A DNA stretch of 63,898 bases, the filler included, from Octopus bimaculoides (taxonomy: Eukaryota): the NCBI RefSeq assembly GCF_001194135.2. It is 4 parts of 4 records of this genome, joined end to end, with 100 filler letters (N's around TTAATTAATTAA, not from the genome) between each part and the next. Parts side by side here need not be neighbours in the genome. Positions count along the whole stretch, not along the records: positions 23,019 to 49,708 come from NC_069002.1; positions 49,809 to 61,050 come from NC_069005.1; 2 more parts are not named here. The stretch is one strand, 5' to 3'. Under the pieces are notes generated by a model. That model was not told the origin of the DNA and did no database searches. It saw nothing but the letters and a program-made list of their open reading frames with translations. This document shows, one piece after another, positions 38,578 to 52,486 of the stretch. The number at the start of each line of letters is the position of its first letter. The first letter of the stretch is position 1. Both the position numbers and the translations under genes were made by a program.

Positions 38578-39605
38578 TCAATATTGAGTTGTTGAGTAAA
38601 GCGGCGAGCTGGCAGAAACGTTAGCACGCCGGGCTAAATGCTTAGCAGTATTTCGTCTGCCGCTACATTCTGAGTTCAAATTCCGCCGAGGTCGACTTTG
38701 CCTTTCATCCTTTCGGGGTTGATTAAATAAGTACCAGTTACGCACTGGGGTCGGTATAATCGACTTAATCTGTTTGTCTGTCCTTATTTGTTCCCTCTGT
38801 GTGTAGCCCCTTGTGGTCAGTAAAGAAATAAGAAATGTTAGCACGCCGGGCGAAGTGCTTAGTGGTATTTCGTCTGTCTTTACGTTCTGAGTTCAAATTC
38901 AGCCGAGGTCGACTTTGTCTTTCATACTTTCGGAGGTCGATAAATTAGGTACCAGTTGTGTACTGGGGTCTATCTAATCGACTGGACCCTCCCCAAAATT
39001 TTCGGGTCTTGTGCCTAGAGTAGAAAAGAATATTNNNNNNNNNNNNNNNNNNNNNNNNNNNNNNNNNNNNNNNNNNNNNNNNNNNNNNNNNNNNNNNNNN
39101 NNNNNNNNNNNNNNNNNNNNNNNNNNNNNNNNNNNNNNNNNNNNNNNNNNNNNNNAGCTGGCAGAATCGTTAGCACGCCGGGAAAACTGCTTAGAGGCAT
39201 TTAATCCGTTTTCGCGTTCTGAGTTCAAATGCCACCAGGGTCCACTTTGCTATACAACCCTTTGAGGTCATAAAATAAGTACCAGCTGAAAACTGGGGTC
39301 GATGTAATTGACGTAAGCCCTCTCCAAAAGTACTGCCCTTGTGCCAAAATTTAAAATCAATATTTAGTTGCTGAGTAAGGCGGCGAGCTGGATGAATTTT
39401 TAGCATGCCTGGAAAAATGGTGGGAGGCATTTAGTCTGTCTTCACATTCTGAGTTCCAAGTCCGCCGAGGTCGACTTTATCTTTCATCCTTTCAGGATCA
39501 TAAAATATGTACCAGTTAAGCATTTGGGTTGATGTAATCGGATTATTACCCACTCCCCTGAAATTTTTAGCCTTATGGTAAAAATCAATATTTAGTTGTT
39601 TGAGT
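38578..39605 (+). mobile_element. Tandem array of four family A SINE monomers, including the dimer form
   Basis: Monomers at about 38597, 38832, 39157 and 39377; the spacer tcaatatt(g/t)agttg..gagt recurs at 38578, 39357 and 39586. Confidence 0.88.
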
Positions 39606-39675
39606 GTCTCCAATTTTCACTTCTTGTTTTCTAATTGTTTATTTTGAATTGCTTCTTTTTGAATATCTGCTTTAG

Positions 39676-39800
39676 TTATTTATATTTAGGTGTCTGTATT
39701 TAGGTGCCTATATTTAGCTGACTAACTTACTTGTCTATATTTAGTTATCTATATTTAGATGTCCATATTTAGTTCCCTGCATTTAGCTACTTCAGTCTTC
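39676..39800. repeat. Degenerate minisatellite of about 14-15 bp built on (c)tatatttag
   Basis: Repeated tatatttagg, tgtatttagg, tatatttagc, tatatttagt, tatatttaga, catatttagt and tgcatttagc at near-regular spacing. Confidence 0.7.
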
Positions 39801-40076
39801 AGTTGTCTATATTTTGCTGCAAGTTTTCAGCGCTGTTCACTTGTTTCCATTTTAGTTGTCTAACATGGAGTTAATCATATTAACTATATTTCAAATACCT
39901 ATTTTCTGTAATTTTTAGTTAATAAAGTTAAACAGCTAACAATTCTAATGATAGTTTTTTCTAAATTATTTCGCGTTAGTTATAACTATTTAGCTAGCTA
40001 TTTTTAATGTCTGTTTTTAGTTATTTCTATACAGGTAACTATATANNNNNNNNNNTAAAAGTTTAAAAATCTTATG

Positions 40077-40111
<35 letters not shown>

Positions 40112-40129
40112 TACATATGATCCACTCTC

Positions 40130-40530
40130 CCATGGGTTTCGACACGTGAGGATCGGACAATCTGCACTTTGTCAGTCATAATATTTATATCGAATTTAAC
40201 ATTTGAGTCCAGCCAGCGATTTGCAAAGAAACCCGCACATGGAGCAAGTATGAGAATTACAGGTGAATGCAGACAGTATATTCGCAGCCGCTTTTCTCCT
40301 TTGCTTTACACTCCTAAGACTGGTTAATGCTGGTTGAAACAAAGTCTCATCACCGTTTGACTCGACGATCTCCATTTGGTTCGCTTCAAGGCTGTTTGCT
40401 GAAAGACGTTGTGTGCTATATTGACTGCCGAGAGATTACTATTCAGCTTGTCCTTATATCTGAGCCATGGTCGACTAACATTTCTCTGCCTACTATCAAG
40501 CTGGCTGTGCTTGAGGACTTTGTGTTTTCT
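40130..40530 (-). mobile_element. Decayed RTE-clade LINE 3' fragment
   Basis: Minus strand 'QLDSRQRNVSRPWLRYKDKLNSNL...TALKRTKWR' matches RTE 'G.R..GRP.LRYKD.LK..L...A..R..WR'. Confidence 0.65.
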
Positions 40531-40772
40531 GTCGTGTATTAAATTGTTGTTTATCTTTCATTGTATAGGGTACTTTTATGTTGATTCTAACTCTATTGCA
40601 TCTATATATATATATGTGCGTGTGTGAGAGTGTGTGTGTGTGTGTGTGTGTGCTTGTATGTATGTAGTATAAATTAGTTTCTTCTATAGACATCTATTTT
40701 TAATTGTCTGCATTCAACTTCCTATTTGAAGTTATACAGTGCTTGTCCCCAATAATCAATGGCTTCCATTTA

Positions 40773-40813
<41 letters not shown>

Positions 40814-41123
40814 NNNNNNNNNNNNNNNNNNNNNNNNNNNNNNNNNNNNNNNNNNNNNNNNNNNNNNNNNNNNNNNNNNNNNNNNNNNNNNNNNNNNNNN
40901 NNNNNNNNNNNNNNNNNNNNNNNNNNNNNNNNNNNNNNNNNNNNNNNNNNNNNNNNNNNNNNNNNNNNNNNNNNNNNNNNNNNNNNNNNNNNNNNNNNNN
41001 NNNNNNNNNNNNNNNNNNNNNNNNNNNNNNNNNNNNNNNNNNNNNNNNNNNNNNNNNNNNNNNNNNNNNNNNNNNNNNNNNNNNNNNNNNNNNNNNNNNN
41101 NNNNNNNNNNNNNNNNNNNNNNN

Positions 41124-41169
<46 letters not shown>

Positions 41170-41580
41170 TGCTTTCGGTTATATATCCTGACTTATAAAA
41201 GACAAAAGAATTACGGCAACATATTTTGATTACAGTCATTCCGTGTGGTGGTGGTAGTAGCGGAAGGGCGTGTTTCGAGAATTTGTCAGTTCTTACCAAC
41301 GTGATGTGTTAGGATTATTCTTTACCACCATCGCCTTAACATTTTCTGAATGTCTTTACTTATTGTTTAATATGTTCGCATTTGTATGTGTGTGTGTGTG
41401 GGGGGGGGATCTGTGTATGCTTCAAGTTTTTGTATATGAATGCGCACGTGAAAGTTGTCTTGTGATTCAAATAGAAGCAAACAAACGAAGAAACGAGAGC
41501 CATTATGATTGTCTCTGATTTTGAGACAAGGTCAGCAATTTTGAGAAGAGGGAGAAGTCGATTACACCTATCCCAGTGCC

Positions 41581-41612
<32 letters not shown>

Positions 41613-42203
41613 TTGTGGCAAATAATTATTAGAAAAAATGTTTTCTTCCCTGAGCTTTAATTGTCATTTGCAAACATGTTGACAAAATGTAAACAAAAAG
41701 ATTTTAAATTTAAAATTTAATTTTTTTTGAAAATAAAACTGAAATATTTTGAAAATTTCACACACACCAAAATGTTTGGCCAAGAAACGATGACAACAAC
41801 AACAAGAATATTAAGAATATGAAACCCAAATGTGCCAAGTTTAAAAACAGAGATTCAATAAAATTGTATTTGTAACGTCATCAATGAAATGTTGTATCGA
41901 TGTCAAAGCCTTGTTTCACTCTCATTATGTCTTATTAACACATTCGAAACACAATACTTTTACAGATTGTTGCTTAAGTTTTGAATTATATATTGGTCTC
42001 TTATTTTTAATGCCATTAAGATGTTTAACTGTGTTGTTGTCGTTGTTGTTGTTGTTGTTATTGTTGTTGCTGCTGCTGTTGTGTCAGGAAGGAAGCTATC
42101 AATGTGTTAATTGAAATTCTTACCAGAAAATGAGCGACCGTCAGAGACAGCGTTGTCTTCATTTTCACCGTCATCATCGTTATTGCAATCGTCGTAGTCG
42201 TTT

Positions 42204-42243
<40 letters not shown>

Positions 42244-42409
42244 TGTTGTTGTTGTTGTTGTTGTTGTATAAGCGCAAGATCAGCATTACTGAAAGAAATT
42301 CGACTAGCAAAAAATTCGATTAGCGCTGATCTTGGAAGAATACAACTTCTTTGCTCCCACCAATGGACCAAAGTCAGATAACCAACTTCATGGCATATTT
42401 AGGTGAGAA

Positions 42410-42625
42410 CTTAGGCAGCGAGCTGGCAGTATCGTTAGCACGCCGGATAAGATGCTTAGCGGTATTTCGTCCGTCTTTACGTTCTGTGTTTCAAATTCCG
42501 CCGAGATCGACTTTGCTTTTCATCCTTTCAGGGTCAATAAATTAAGTACCAGTCAAGTACTGGGTTGATGTGATCGACTTTGCCCCTTCCCCGACATTCC
42601 AGGTCTTGTGCCTATAGTAGAAAGG
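42410..42625 (+). mobile_element. Family A SINE
   Basis: aggcagcgagctggcagtatcgttagcacgccgg...aattccgccgagatcgactttgc...cttgtgcctatagtagaaaggagat. Confidence 0.88.
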
Positions 42626-42627
42626 AG

Positions 42628-43540
42628 ATTGTCTGAGAACTTTCAAACAACTCGCAAAGTAGTTGACACGGGAGGTAAAGCTACAGTTAGAGACTTCTGG
42701 AAAAAGTTCAACATAATGGTTAACATATTTGATTAATGGAAGGAAGCGAAACCCGTTATTTTGAACGGTGCTTGGGAATATAAGTTTTCCGCAAGCAGAA
42801 AATGTACTTGACATTTGGAAAGATATTGTGACACTTACAAAGGATTCAGGGTTTGAAGAAGTCGTAGAAGTTGTAGTTGATTTACTTCAGTCCCGTGGAG
42901 AAAGTTTATCTAACGAAGAGATGATACCGATGAAACTGAGAATGCAGATGAAAATGAGGAAATTCCAACAACTCCAGTTAAATACAAAAAAATATTGCTA
43001 AAAGATTGGCACTTATAGAGGAAGATTTGCAGGTTTTACTGATAACAATACTGTGGCGAACGTAACATAAAAATTACAAGAAGAGTTTACAATGAGCTCA
43101 GTTCCGACACTGAGTTGTACAAAGAGATAATGCATCATAAAAATCGAACAATTTTGGTCAAGTTCTTCACCTGTAAAGTAGATGTTGATGATGATGGAGT
43201 ATAAGATGGAAGAGGGCGTACCTCAACCTCCTAGTGACTCTCATTTCTCCAACACTACTCTTCCTACTCCTCACACTGTAGTTAACATCCTTTGTGCTAA
43301 AGACACCTCCTATTACGATAATGCGATTCTTATTTATTCCCTAACGCATTTCTCTTCCAATGTTTTTCTATATACATATTGTATATTTAGAGATTACTTT
43401 CATGGTCGTGTTGAATGGTCGGAAAACGCATCTCATTTTGCAATATGAACATCAATGAGAAAATTAGTTTCAAGTTACCAGACTTCAATGACGGCAAGAT
43501 TTTCAGGAACGCATTGCTTTTGTAACGTGGAGATTAATAT
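42628..43540 (+). mobile_element. Decayed pogo/Tigger-like transposon, 3' part
   Basis: ORF 42768..43001 'GFEEVVEVVVDLLQSRGESLSNEEM' resembles the Tigger C-terminus GFEEVDE.DV.ELL.SH...LT.E.L; a terminus-like gtaacgtggag lies near 43530. Confidence 0.55.
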
Positions 43541-43926
43541 GTGTGTGTGTGTGTGTGTATGTGTGTGTATTTGTGTGTGTGAGAGAGGAAGAGAGAGAGG
43601 GAGAGTATGTGTGTGTGTTTGTGTGTGTGAGAGAGGGAGAGAGAGAGGGAAGAGAGGGAGAGAGAGAGAGGGAAGAGAGGTAAAGAGAGAGGGAAGAGAG
43701 GGAGAGAGAGAGGGAAGAGAGGGAAGAGAGGGAGAGAGAGAGGGAAGAGAGGGNNNNNNNNNNNNNNNNNNNNNNNNNNNNNNNNNNNNNNNNNNNNNNN
43801 NNNNNNNNNNNNNNNNNNNNNNNNNNNNNNNNNNNNNNNNNNNNNNNNNNNNNNNNNNNNNNNNNNNNNNNNNNNNNNNNNNNNNNNNNNNNNNNNNNNN
43901 NNNNNNNNNNNNNNNNNNNNNNNNNN

Positions 43927-43984
<58 letters not shown>

Positions 43985-44179
43985 TTATATATATCTCACA
44001 CAAGTCAAGAAATGTAGAAAGAAAATGCACAATTCCTTTTAGATTTTAATTAACCAAATAATTATGAAACATTTTACATACATTTCCGAATAATTTGATG
44101 CATTACAAAAGGAATTGAGTATGTTTCTTTTATCAGTACTCTTTCCCCATCCCTTTCTTTCTTTCTTTCTTTCTTTCTT

Positions 44180-44211
<32 letters not shown>

Positions 44212-44533
44212 CTTTCTTTCTCTTTTTCTTTCTTTCTTTCTCTCTCTCTCTCTCTCTCTCACGCGCCCATTGTGCATAAAGACAAATACACACACATGCA
44301 GATATATAAGCATATACGTATGTAAGTATGTATGTATGTATCTAAGTATATATGCATGTATGTATGTATGTATGTATGTATATATGTATGTATGTATTAT
44401 GTATGTATGTATGTATGCATGTACACATCTGACAACCGACAGCATATCTAATAGGTGACTTGGTTAATAAAAGCTCTAAAGAAAGCCCAGATGAATGCAT
44501 AACCATAAACCTGATCCTCAAGAGACAAATACC

Positions 44534-44585
<52 letters not shown>

Positions 44586-44810
44586 GGGGGGGTGACGTCT
44601 AAAAATTAGCTACGAATTAGGATTATTATTAGGCATTACACACGTATAAAGTAGAATCCTCCGAAGGAAAAAGAAAAAAGTATGAATTAGAAAACAAAAG
44701 CAAACAAAAACAAAACACTGAATGTAACCCAAACATGCGAAGTTGCGTTTGGCTATGCAGCGACTGCATTAATCTACAAGAAGATTGCTGGCATAATAAT
44801 AATAATAATA

Positions 44811-44848
<38 letters not shown>

Positions 44849-45122
44849 AATGAGTTGGAGAGATGAGAGAATTAGACTAGGTATAGAATTTCAGATGCTT
44901 AAGAATAAATTAATGAATTTGACGCGATGGAACCAACAGAAGTGAAAGAAGTGGTTAAGGAGGAATCCTATAGATTCATTAACAATTAAAAGTCAAACGC
45001 AGCAAATAAGTTAATAGGTATTAATACTGTTGTCAGTTATAGGTCTTAGTTATTATATCTGTATACATACATACATACACACATACATACATACATACAT
45101 ACGTACATACATACACACACAC

Positions 45123-45153
<31 letters not shown>

Positions 45154-45176
45154 GATATATACACATACATACACAT

Positions 45177-45229
<53 letters not shown>

Positions 45230-45914
45230 NNNNNNNNNNNNNNNNNNNNNNNNNNNNNNNNNNNNNNNNNNNNNNNNNNNNNNNNNNNNNNNNNNNNNNN
45301 NNNNNNNNNNNNNNNNNNNNNNNNNNNNNNNNNNNNNNNNNNNNNNNNNNNNNNNNNNNNNNNNNNNNNNNNNNNNNNNNNNNNNNNNNNNNNNNNNNNN
45401 NNNNNNNNNNNNNNNNNNNNNNNNNNNNNNNNNNNNNNNNNNNNNNNNNNNNNNNNTATATATATGTATGTATGTATCTATGTATGTATTATGTATGTAT
45501 GTATGTATGTATAAGTATATGTGTATGTATTTGTATACATTTATATATACACATATATAATGCACGTGGCTTAGTGGTTAGGGGCTAGGGCATTTGGCTT
45601 ACGATCGTATGGTTGTGAGTTCAATTCCCGGCGAGACGTTGTATCCTTGAACAAGACACTTTATTTCACGTTGCTCCAGTCCACTCAGCTGACAAAAATG
45701 AGTAGTAGCTGTATTTCAAAAGACCAGCCTTGTCACATTCTGTGTCACGCTGAATCACCTTCAGAACTAAATGAGGTATCATGCACTGGAAATTATGCCA
45801 TCGCCATCAAACACTGATTATTTTATTTATTTATGCGCCTTTTAAAGCCTAGCCAGGCTCATGGGCCCGGTTTCCCAGTTTCTATGGAGTATGTGTTTCC
45901 CCCCAACTGGACGC

Positions 45915-46525
45915 ACCAATTATTACAGGAATAATCGTTGTCTTGGTCTTCTAAAATTTCCTCAGCTCACTGGTTAAATTCTTATATTTCTAAACTTGTT
46001 CAATTTCTGTAGTATCGACTCTACTATCATAAGACCTATGATCTTACACCGTTTGTGTATTTTGCCATCTATGATCATATCCGGTCTTCTTGCTTCAGTA
46101 GTATGGTCAATCTTTATAGGGAAATCCCACAAGATTTTGTAATTCTCATTTTCTATCATAGTCACTCGTTTGTATTCAGTTTGGTGTTGCTATGAAGTCA
46201 CACACTCGGCTAACACCCCAATGCACTCTTTTGCCTACATAGTCATGCCTACGTTTATATTCTTTTTGTGCTAGTAGACTGCACTCGCTGAAAAGGTAAC
46301 TAATGCTTTCGTCTCCTTTACGCAGATTCTACAATTTCTGTCTCAGTTTTGTTGATCTTTGTCTTTACCACATTAATTGTTCTAGGGAATCCTTCTTGAG
46401 CGGCTATAATTTGTTATTCTGTCTCGCATTTCAGGTTTCCATCTGTCAACCAGAGCCAGCAATTTTTATTTTCAACTTTCGCAGTTTGTTGCCTAATTTG
46501 GACATGTAGTTCCATTTTTTTCCAT
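45915..46525 (-). mobile_element. Second R4-like (RLE) LINE family, 3' fragment
   Basis: 'WLWLTDGNLKCETE', 'ECSLLAQKEYKRRHDYVGK' and 'ENENYKILWDFPIKIDHTTEARRPDMII' represent the zinc-knuckle region and the PD..D endonuclease. Confidence 0.8.
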
Positions 46526-46535
46526 TTGATTGTTC

Positions 46536-46566
<31 letters not shown>

Positions 46567-46959
46567 GACGTCGTCGTCGTTGTTGTTGTTGTTATTGTTG
46601 CTGTTGTTGTTGTTGTTGTTGTTGTTCTTCTTCTTCTTCTTCTTCTTCTTCTTCTTCTTCTTCTTCTTCTTCTTCTTCTTCTTCTTCATCTTCTTGTCCT
46701 TCTTCATCTTCTTGTAAATATTATTATTATTATTATTATTGTTCAGTAGTTTTATTTTTATAACGTGCTTTCATTTCATTATCGAGCGCAGCTCTGTGCG
46801 CCTTGGATATGTGCTGTGGTTTGCTGTGGTGCTCTCATGTNNNNNNNNNNGCGCAGCTCTGTGCGCCTTGGATATGTGCTGTGGTTTGCTGTGGTGCTCT
46901 CATGTTTACTGTATTGAAAGTGTTTTGCGTAGAATGTGTGCAGTACCCATATTATTATT

Positions 46960-47180
46960 ATTATTATTATTATTCCGGTGGATTGTCAGAATAGATGCAG
47001 CGTCGGGCAAAATGCCTTGCAATATTTAGATACGGTTCTTTACGTACCGAGCTTAAATCCTGCAAAGGAAACTTTGCTTTTCGTCCCACAAAGATCGATA
47101 AAGAACCCGTCAAGTACTTGAGTTGGTTTAACAGACTAATCCTTCCCCTTCCAAATTACAAGCACTATGCTTTTGTAAAG
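46960..47180 (+). mobile_element. Diverged family A SINE
   Basis: ggattgtcagaatagatgcagcgtcgggcaaaatgc...gagcttaaatcc...actttgcttttcgtcc...aagtacttgag. Confidence 0.65.
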
Positions 47181-47235
47181 CAATAAAGGCGATGATAGTG
47201 ATGATGGCAACGATGATGATGATGATGATGATGAC

Positions 47236-47284
<49 letters not shown>

Positions 47285-47551
47285 ATGATGATGATATGAA
47301 AAAACCTATCAATTATGCAAAACCCCACCAAAAGCAAGTCTGTTGCCTCCTCTCCGTCCCCACCAGTTGTGCTTGATCAAGTTACTCTGCATTTATTAGA
47401 ACGCTAACTTAATTCCACACTGCATTACAAAAGTAACAAGTTCTACAGCGTCGATACTTAAGTTTTAATTAAAATATCATAATTTGTTTATTGGCACATC
47501 AGATGTCACTTCGGTACATTTTGTGGTGGTGCGGGGTTTATATATACATAC

Positions 47552-47602
<51 letters not shown>

Positions 47603-48640
47603 TGTATATATATATACATATACATACGTATTGTGTGCTTCAGTATCTGTCGCTCTCTCATACATACACACAAGCTCTCAACTGAAGCACGCCACTCACT
47701 CACATACATAATTATATAAATATGTAATTTCATTAAGATTTCTCAATTTCCATTTCACCCTTATTATTTATGACTTCACGTCATATAAATATATATAAAT
47801 CTAAATATGCGAGTATGTGTGCTCATATATGCGCACTTCTATGTACGCACAAATGTTTTGATGTGCATGCATTTATATATTCGGGTATCTAGTACACTAT
47901 ACTTCGCCAAACGTAGATATATGTGTGTATGTGCGTGCGTGAGTGTGTGTGTACGTGTACTTGTGTGTGTAAACATACATACATATATATACATACATAC
48001 ATGTATATAACTACATAAATATATACATGTATACACATACATATATATGTATGTATATATATATATATATATNNNNNNNNNNNNNNNNNNNNNNNNNNNN
48101 NNNNNNNNNNNNNNNNNNNNNNNNNNNNNNNNNNNNNNNNNNNNNNNNNNNNNNNNNNNNNNNNNNNNNNNNNNNNNNNNNNNNNNNNNNNNNNNNNNNN
48201 NNNNNNNNNNNNNNNNNNNNNNNNNNNNNNNNNNNNNNNNNNNNNNNNNNNNNNNNNNNNNNNNNNNNNNNNNNNNNNNNNNNNNNNNNNNNNNNNNNNN
48301 NNNNNNNNNNNNNNNNNNNNNNNNNNNNNNNNNNNNNNNNNNNNNNNNNNNNNNNNNNNNNNNNNNNNNNNNNNNNNNNNNNNNNNNNNNNNNNNNNNNN
48401 NNNNNNNNNNNNNNNNNNNNNNNNNNNNNNNNNNNNNNNNNNNNNNNNNNNNNNNNNNNNNNNNNNNNNNNNNNNNNNNNNNNNNNNNNNNNNNNNNNNN
48501 NNNNNNNNNNNNNNNNNNNNNNNNNNNNNNNNNNNNNNNNNNNNNNNNNNNNNNNNNNNNNNNNNNNNNNNNNNNNNNNNNNNNNNNNNNNNNNNNNNNN
48601 NNNNNNNNNNNNNNNNNNNNNNNNNNNNNNNNNNNNNNNN

Positions 48641-48697
<57 letters not shown>

Positions 48698-49628
48698 TCT
48701 CTCTCTCTCACTCTGGCCCTTGTAGTATACAACATGTATAGTTTATCTATTTTAATTGGACCGTTTATTGCATCACTTTACATAAATATGCTCCTATTAT
48801 CTTTCTATAACCTGATCAAGGTCTACCTTTGTTTTCATAGGAAAAAGTTTCTTTATTTAAGAGAAAGACCATGACTATAGAAATGTTATGTGAAAAGGAA
48901 TGCTTCGTGTACACAGAAGGCAATCGGCCTCTACCGTCTTAAAACGAGAGGGTCACATTAGGTAATATAGAGCTAGGTAACTCCTAAACACTAAAATACC
49001 TTTGATACTGAGTTTTGTCATTCGTGGGTGACCTGAGGCTAAAAAATAACAGCCCTGTGTTTGTTGTTTTTTGTTCAAACCCCGGGTACTAGAATCACAT
49101 AAACTCGTATGTTTTTGTTCTCTTAATACGATAGGGTTTGATCTGAAGGAAATTTGACTGCTCTTTCTAGAAGGACAAGCGAACGACCGCATAAGGTTTC
49201 CATTGTTGTTGTCGTTTATCCCCAGCTCAGTCTTGCTTCAGTTTCCTCTGCAGAATTATGATCAACAACATTCAAGCTGTGGCATCATGTCTATATTTTG
49301 GGCATAGTCTTTCTAGAACTACATCATCCAATGTGTCCTTGCTTTCCTTTTTACGGTATCGCTCTTATGAAGGTGATTGACTTCCATGTCTCGTATTTGT
49401 TCGTTTAGCCCCATGTTGAGCAGTCGTATATAAGAAACCAGCTGTCAGGTCTGAAGTCAGTTTAATGCCTAACACAAAACTGTCGACCCTTGAGTCACAA
49501 TGTTCTGTCTGCCGATTAAAAAACTAGATCCATAAGCTCGTATTTACTTCTGTTTTTTCTATTCTATCGCGCGAGCGTGTATGTGTGTCTATGTGTGTGT
49601 GTGTGTGTTTGTGTGTGTGTTATGTACA

Positions 49629-49680
<52 letters not shown>

Positions 49681-50029
49681 CATATATATATATATATATA
49701 TATATATANNNNNNNNNNNNNNNNNNNNNNNNNNNNNNNNNNNNNNNNNNNNTTAATTAATTAANNNNNNNNNNNNNNNNNNNNNNNNNNNNNNNNNNNN
49801 NNNNNNNNAAAGAAGAAAATGAAAAAAGCAAATAAAACGAAGCTATGGCTTAATCAGCCAAAGGAGTAAATATAAACAACTGAATACTTGTCAGTGATTG
49901 GTTGAAATTATCGAAATAAGACAATTTTTTACATGAAATAAATTCGAATACAAAAATATTTTTCTGTTCTATAACACAAAATAGATAAGTATACGAAGTT
50001 TGAAAGTCTTTCAGTACCAAAAACACTAT

Positions 50030-50415
50030 GTAAAACATTAATGAAAAATGTGGCCCCCGTTTTAAAAAAGATCCAAAGTGGATGAGACTTGTGACAGTGG
50101 GAGATCCAGGAAGACATGGGACAGAGTATTGAAGGCCAATCTCTAGACACTGAGTCTTATGAAGGAGATGACTAAGGAGCAAGATATTTGGCACATTGCT
50201 GTACTCGAGAAGACCTGTCTACCACAGCAGAATTGGTACTGGTGCCACATTAAAAGCACCCAGTGCACTCTGGAGTGGTTGGTATTAAGAAGGATATCCA
50301 GCCGTAGAAACCATACTAGAACAGACAATGGAGCTTGGTGCAGCCCTTGGCTTTACCAGCTCCAGTCAAACTGCCCAACCTATACCAGCTTGGAAAACAA
50401 GTGTTAAATGACGAT
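50030..50415 (+). mobile_element. RTE LINE 3' end with its characteristic tail
   Basis: 'GRSRKTWDRVLKANL*TLSLMKEMTKEQDIWHIAV' followed by aagaaggatatccagccgtagaaac...ccaacctataccagcttggaaaacaagtgttaaatgacgatg. Confidence 0.75.
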
Positions 50416-50450
50416 GGTGTACATACATACATATATATGTATATATATAA

Positions 50451-50491
<41 letters not shown>

Positions 50492-50749
50492 TTCATCCAA
50501 AATGGTGATGAACAACATTTCTCCATATGATCAGCTTGAAAAATTGTTAAGATATTAAGATATTTCCTTTATATGAAACTAAAGGTAGCCTTAATACACA
50601 AATAAAGAAACTTTATCCACCAACGTGGTGGTGAGCACTCATTCTTATTGTTCGATATTTACGTATGGCGTTAGGAAGGGNNNNNNNNNNATAAAGAAAC
50701 TTTATCCACCAACGTGGTGGTGAGCACTCATTCTTATTGTTCGATATTT

Positions 50750-50912
50750 ACGTATGGCGTTAGGAAGGGCATCCAGCTGTAGAAACTCTGCCAAATTTAG
50801 ATTGGAGCCTGGTGTTGCCATCCGGTTTCACCAGTCCTCAGTCAAGTCGTCCAACCCATGCTAGCATGGAAAGCGGACGTTAAACGATGATGATGATGAT
50901 GATGATGATGAT
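50750..50912 (+). mobile_element. RTE-tail repeat (family D) ending in (gat)n; other copies on minus at about 58340-58520 and 60865-61035
   Basis: ggcgttaggaagggcatccagctgtagaaac...ccaacccatgctagcatggaaagcggacgttaaacgatgatg. Confidence 0.8.
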
Positions 50913-51840
50913 ATGTAATAATAGTATTCATAGTTATAACTTTCATTGATATCCTCACCTCCCCACCACTCACCTCTGTCCCCATTCTTCTGGATGAAAA
51001 GAGCTGGGGGAGTGGGAGTTGTGGCTGATCAGTGAGTGAATTGTGGTGGTAGTAAGTTCCACTCTTCCATCAAAGAATAACACAGGCATTTCTTGTGTGC
51101 ATTCCTTTTGTTGTGTGTGATGTCACCAGTGCAGTTGTATTGTGGTTTGGTAGAGCAGCAATTTATGGGCTGGATAGACCAGTCTAACTTGTGGCTGTTT
51201 GTGGGTAGTACAACAATGATATCAACATAAACAGCCAAATAAAGACACTTGTGATAATGATGATGATGATTGCAATAAATTATTCTTAATGACCAAGAAA
51301 ATAGTTATCCTTTGTTTTCAGAGATTGTTGTTTTTTGTAACTAGATTCCTTTCAAATAACACCTTATTTTCTGAAAACAAAACTTGGAAACTGTAGACCT
51401 GGATATATATCGTTTTAAAAGCAGTGATGGTCATGGTTAGAACTTCTTTGATCATAAGTCTGCTGTCCTCCCAGCCATAGCTGTCACATTTATAATTCAG
51501 ACATTGTTGCTGACTTGGCTGATTGGTTAAGAAGTTTGCTTCCCAACCACACAGCTTCAGGTTCAATTTCACTTCATGGAACCTTGGGCAAGTGTCTTCT
51601 ACTATAATCCTCAGCTATTCTACATTATGCTTTGTGTGTTGATGGATACGAAAAGAAGCCATCATCTGTGTGTGTGTGTGTGTGTGTGTGTGTCCTGGTC
51701 ACTGTCATGCAAGCAGTTCAGAATCCTGTGAAAACATGTCTGACCATGGCCAGATATTAACTTGCTTGGTAACAGGTAAGTGTTGGCAGCATGAAGGGTA
51801 TACACAAGCATCTGTGTATGTATATGTGAGTGTACGTGCA

Positions 51841-51877
<37 letters not shown>

Positions 51878-51959
51878 CTGAGCATTAGTACGCATATGGA
51901 TGTACATGTGAACCAACATGTATGTGTTTGTATAGGCTGAATCTTAAAGGTCAGCTAAG

Positions 51960-52315
51960 GACAATCGCATGTGTAACCAACCATGAAGAACAAATCAACA
52001 GCAGGAAGAAATCAAATGCTAATCCTTTTAAAATGGCAACCACCTTAAGAGTAGCAGAATCACCATCCCACTACATCTACACATTCAAAGCAGTTTGCCA
52101 ATGGTTCTTCTGCAACAACACACCCTGATAAACCCAGTGACTACTACGAAATTCAAGCCATGGGTAGACACAGAGGATGTTCTTGAAGCTGAGAATTTGA
52201 ACTTACAGTGACAATATTTACATATCGCTTGAGGAAACACAACTAGATCCCATAATGCAGGGAAGCGGTTGTGTAATCAAGTACCTGCACGCCTGGAGAA
52301 CTATGTTGCATGGAA
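51960..52315 (+). mobile_element. Possible gypsy integrase C-terminal remnant
   Basis: Frameshifted 'GSGCVIK/VPARLENYVA' resembles the 'RSGR.IK.P.RL..YV' gypsy pol end. No other support. Confidence 0.3.
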
Positions 52316-52445
52316 ACAATTGTAAAAAATAAATGCCCAACTATGCTCTTTCTTGTTGACTCCAGTGTTTTCAATTATCTGTCTGTCTGTCTGTCTATCT
52401 ATTTGTCTATCTATCTATCTGCCTATCTATCTATTTATCTATCTA

Positions 52446-52486
<41 letters not shown>

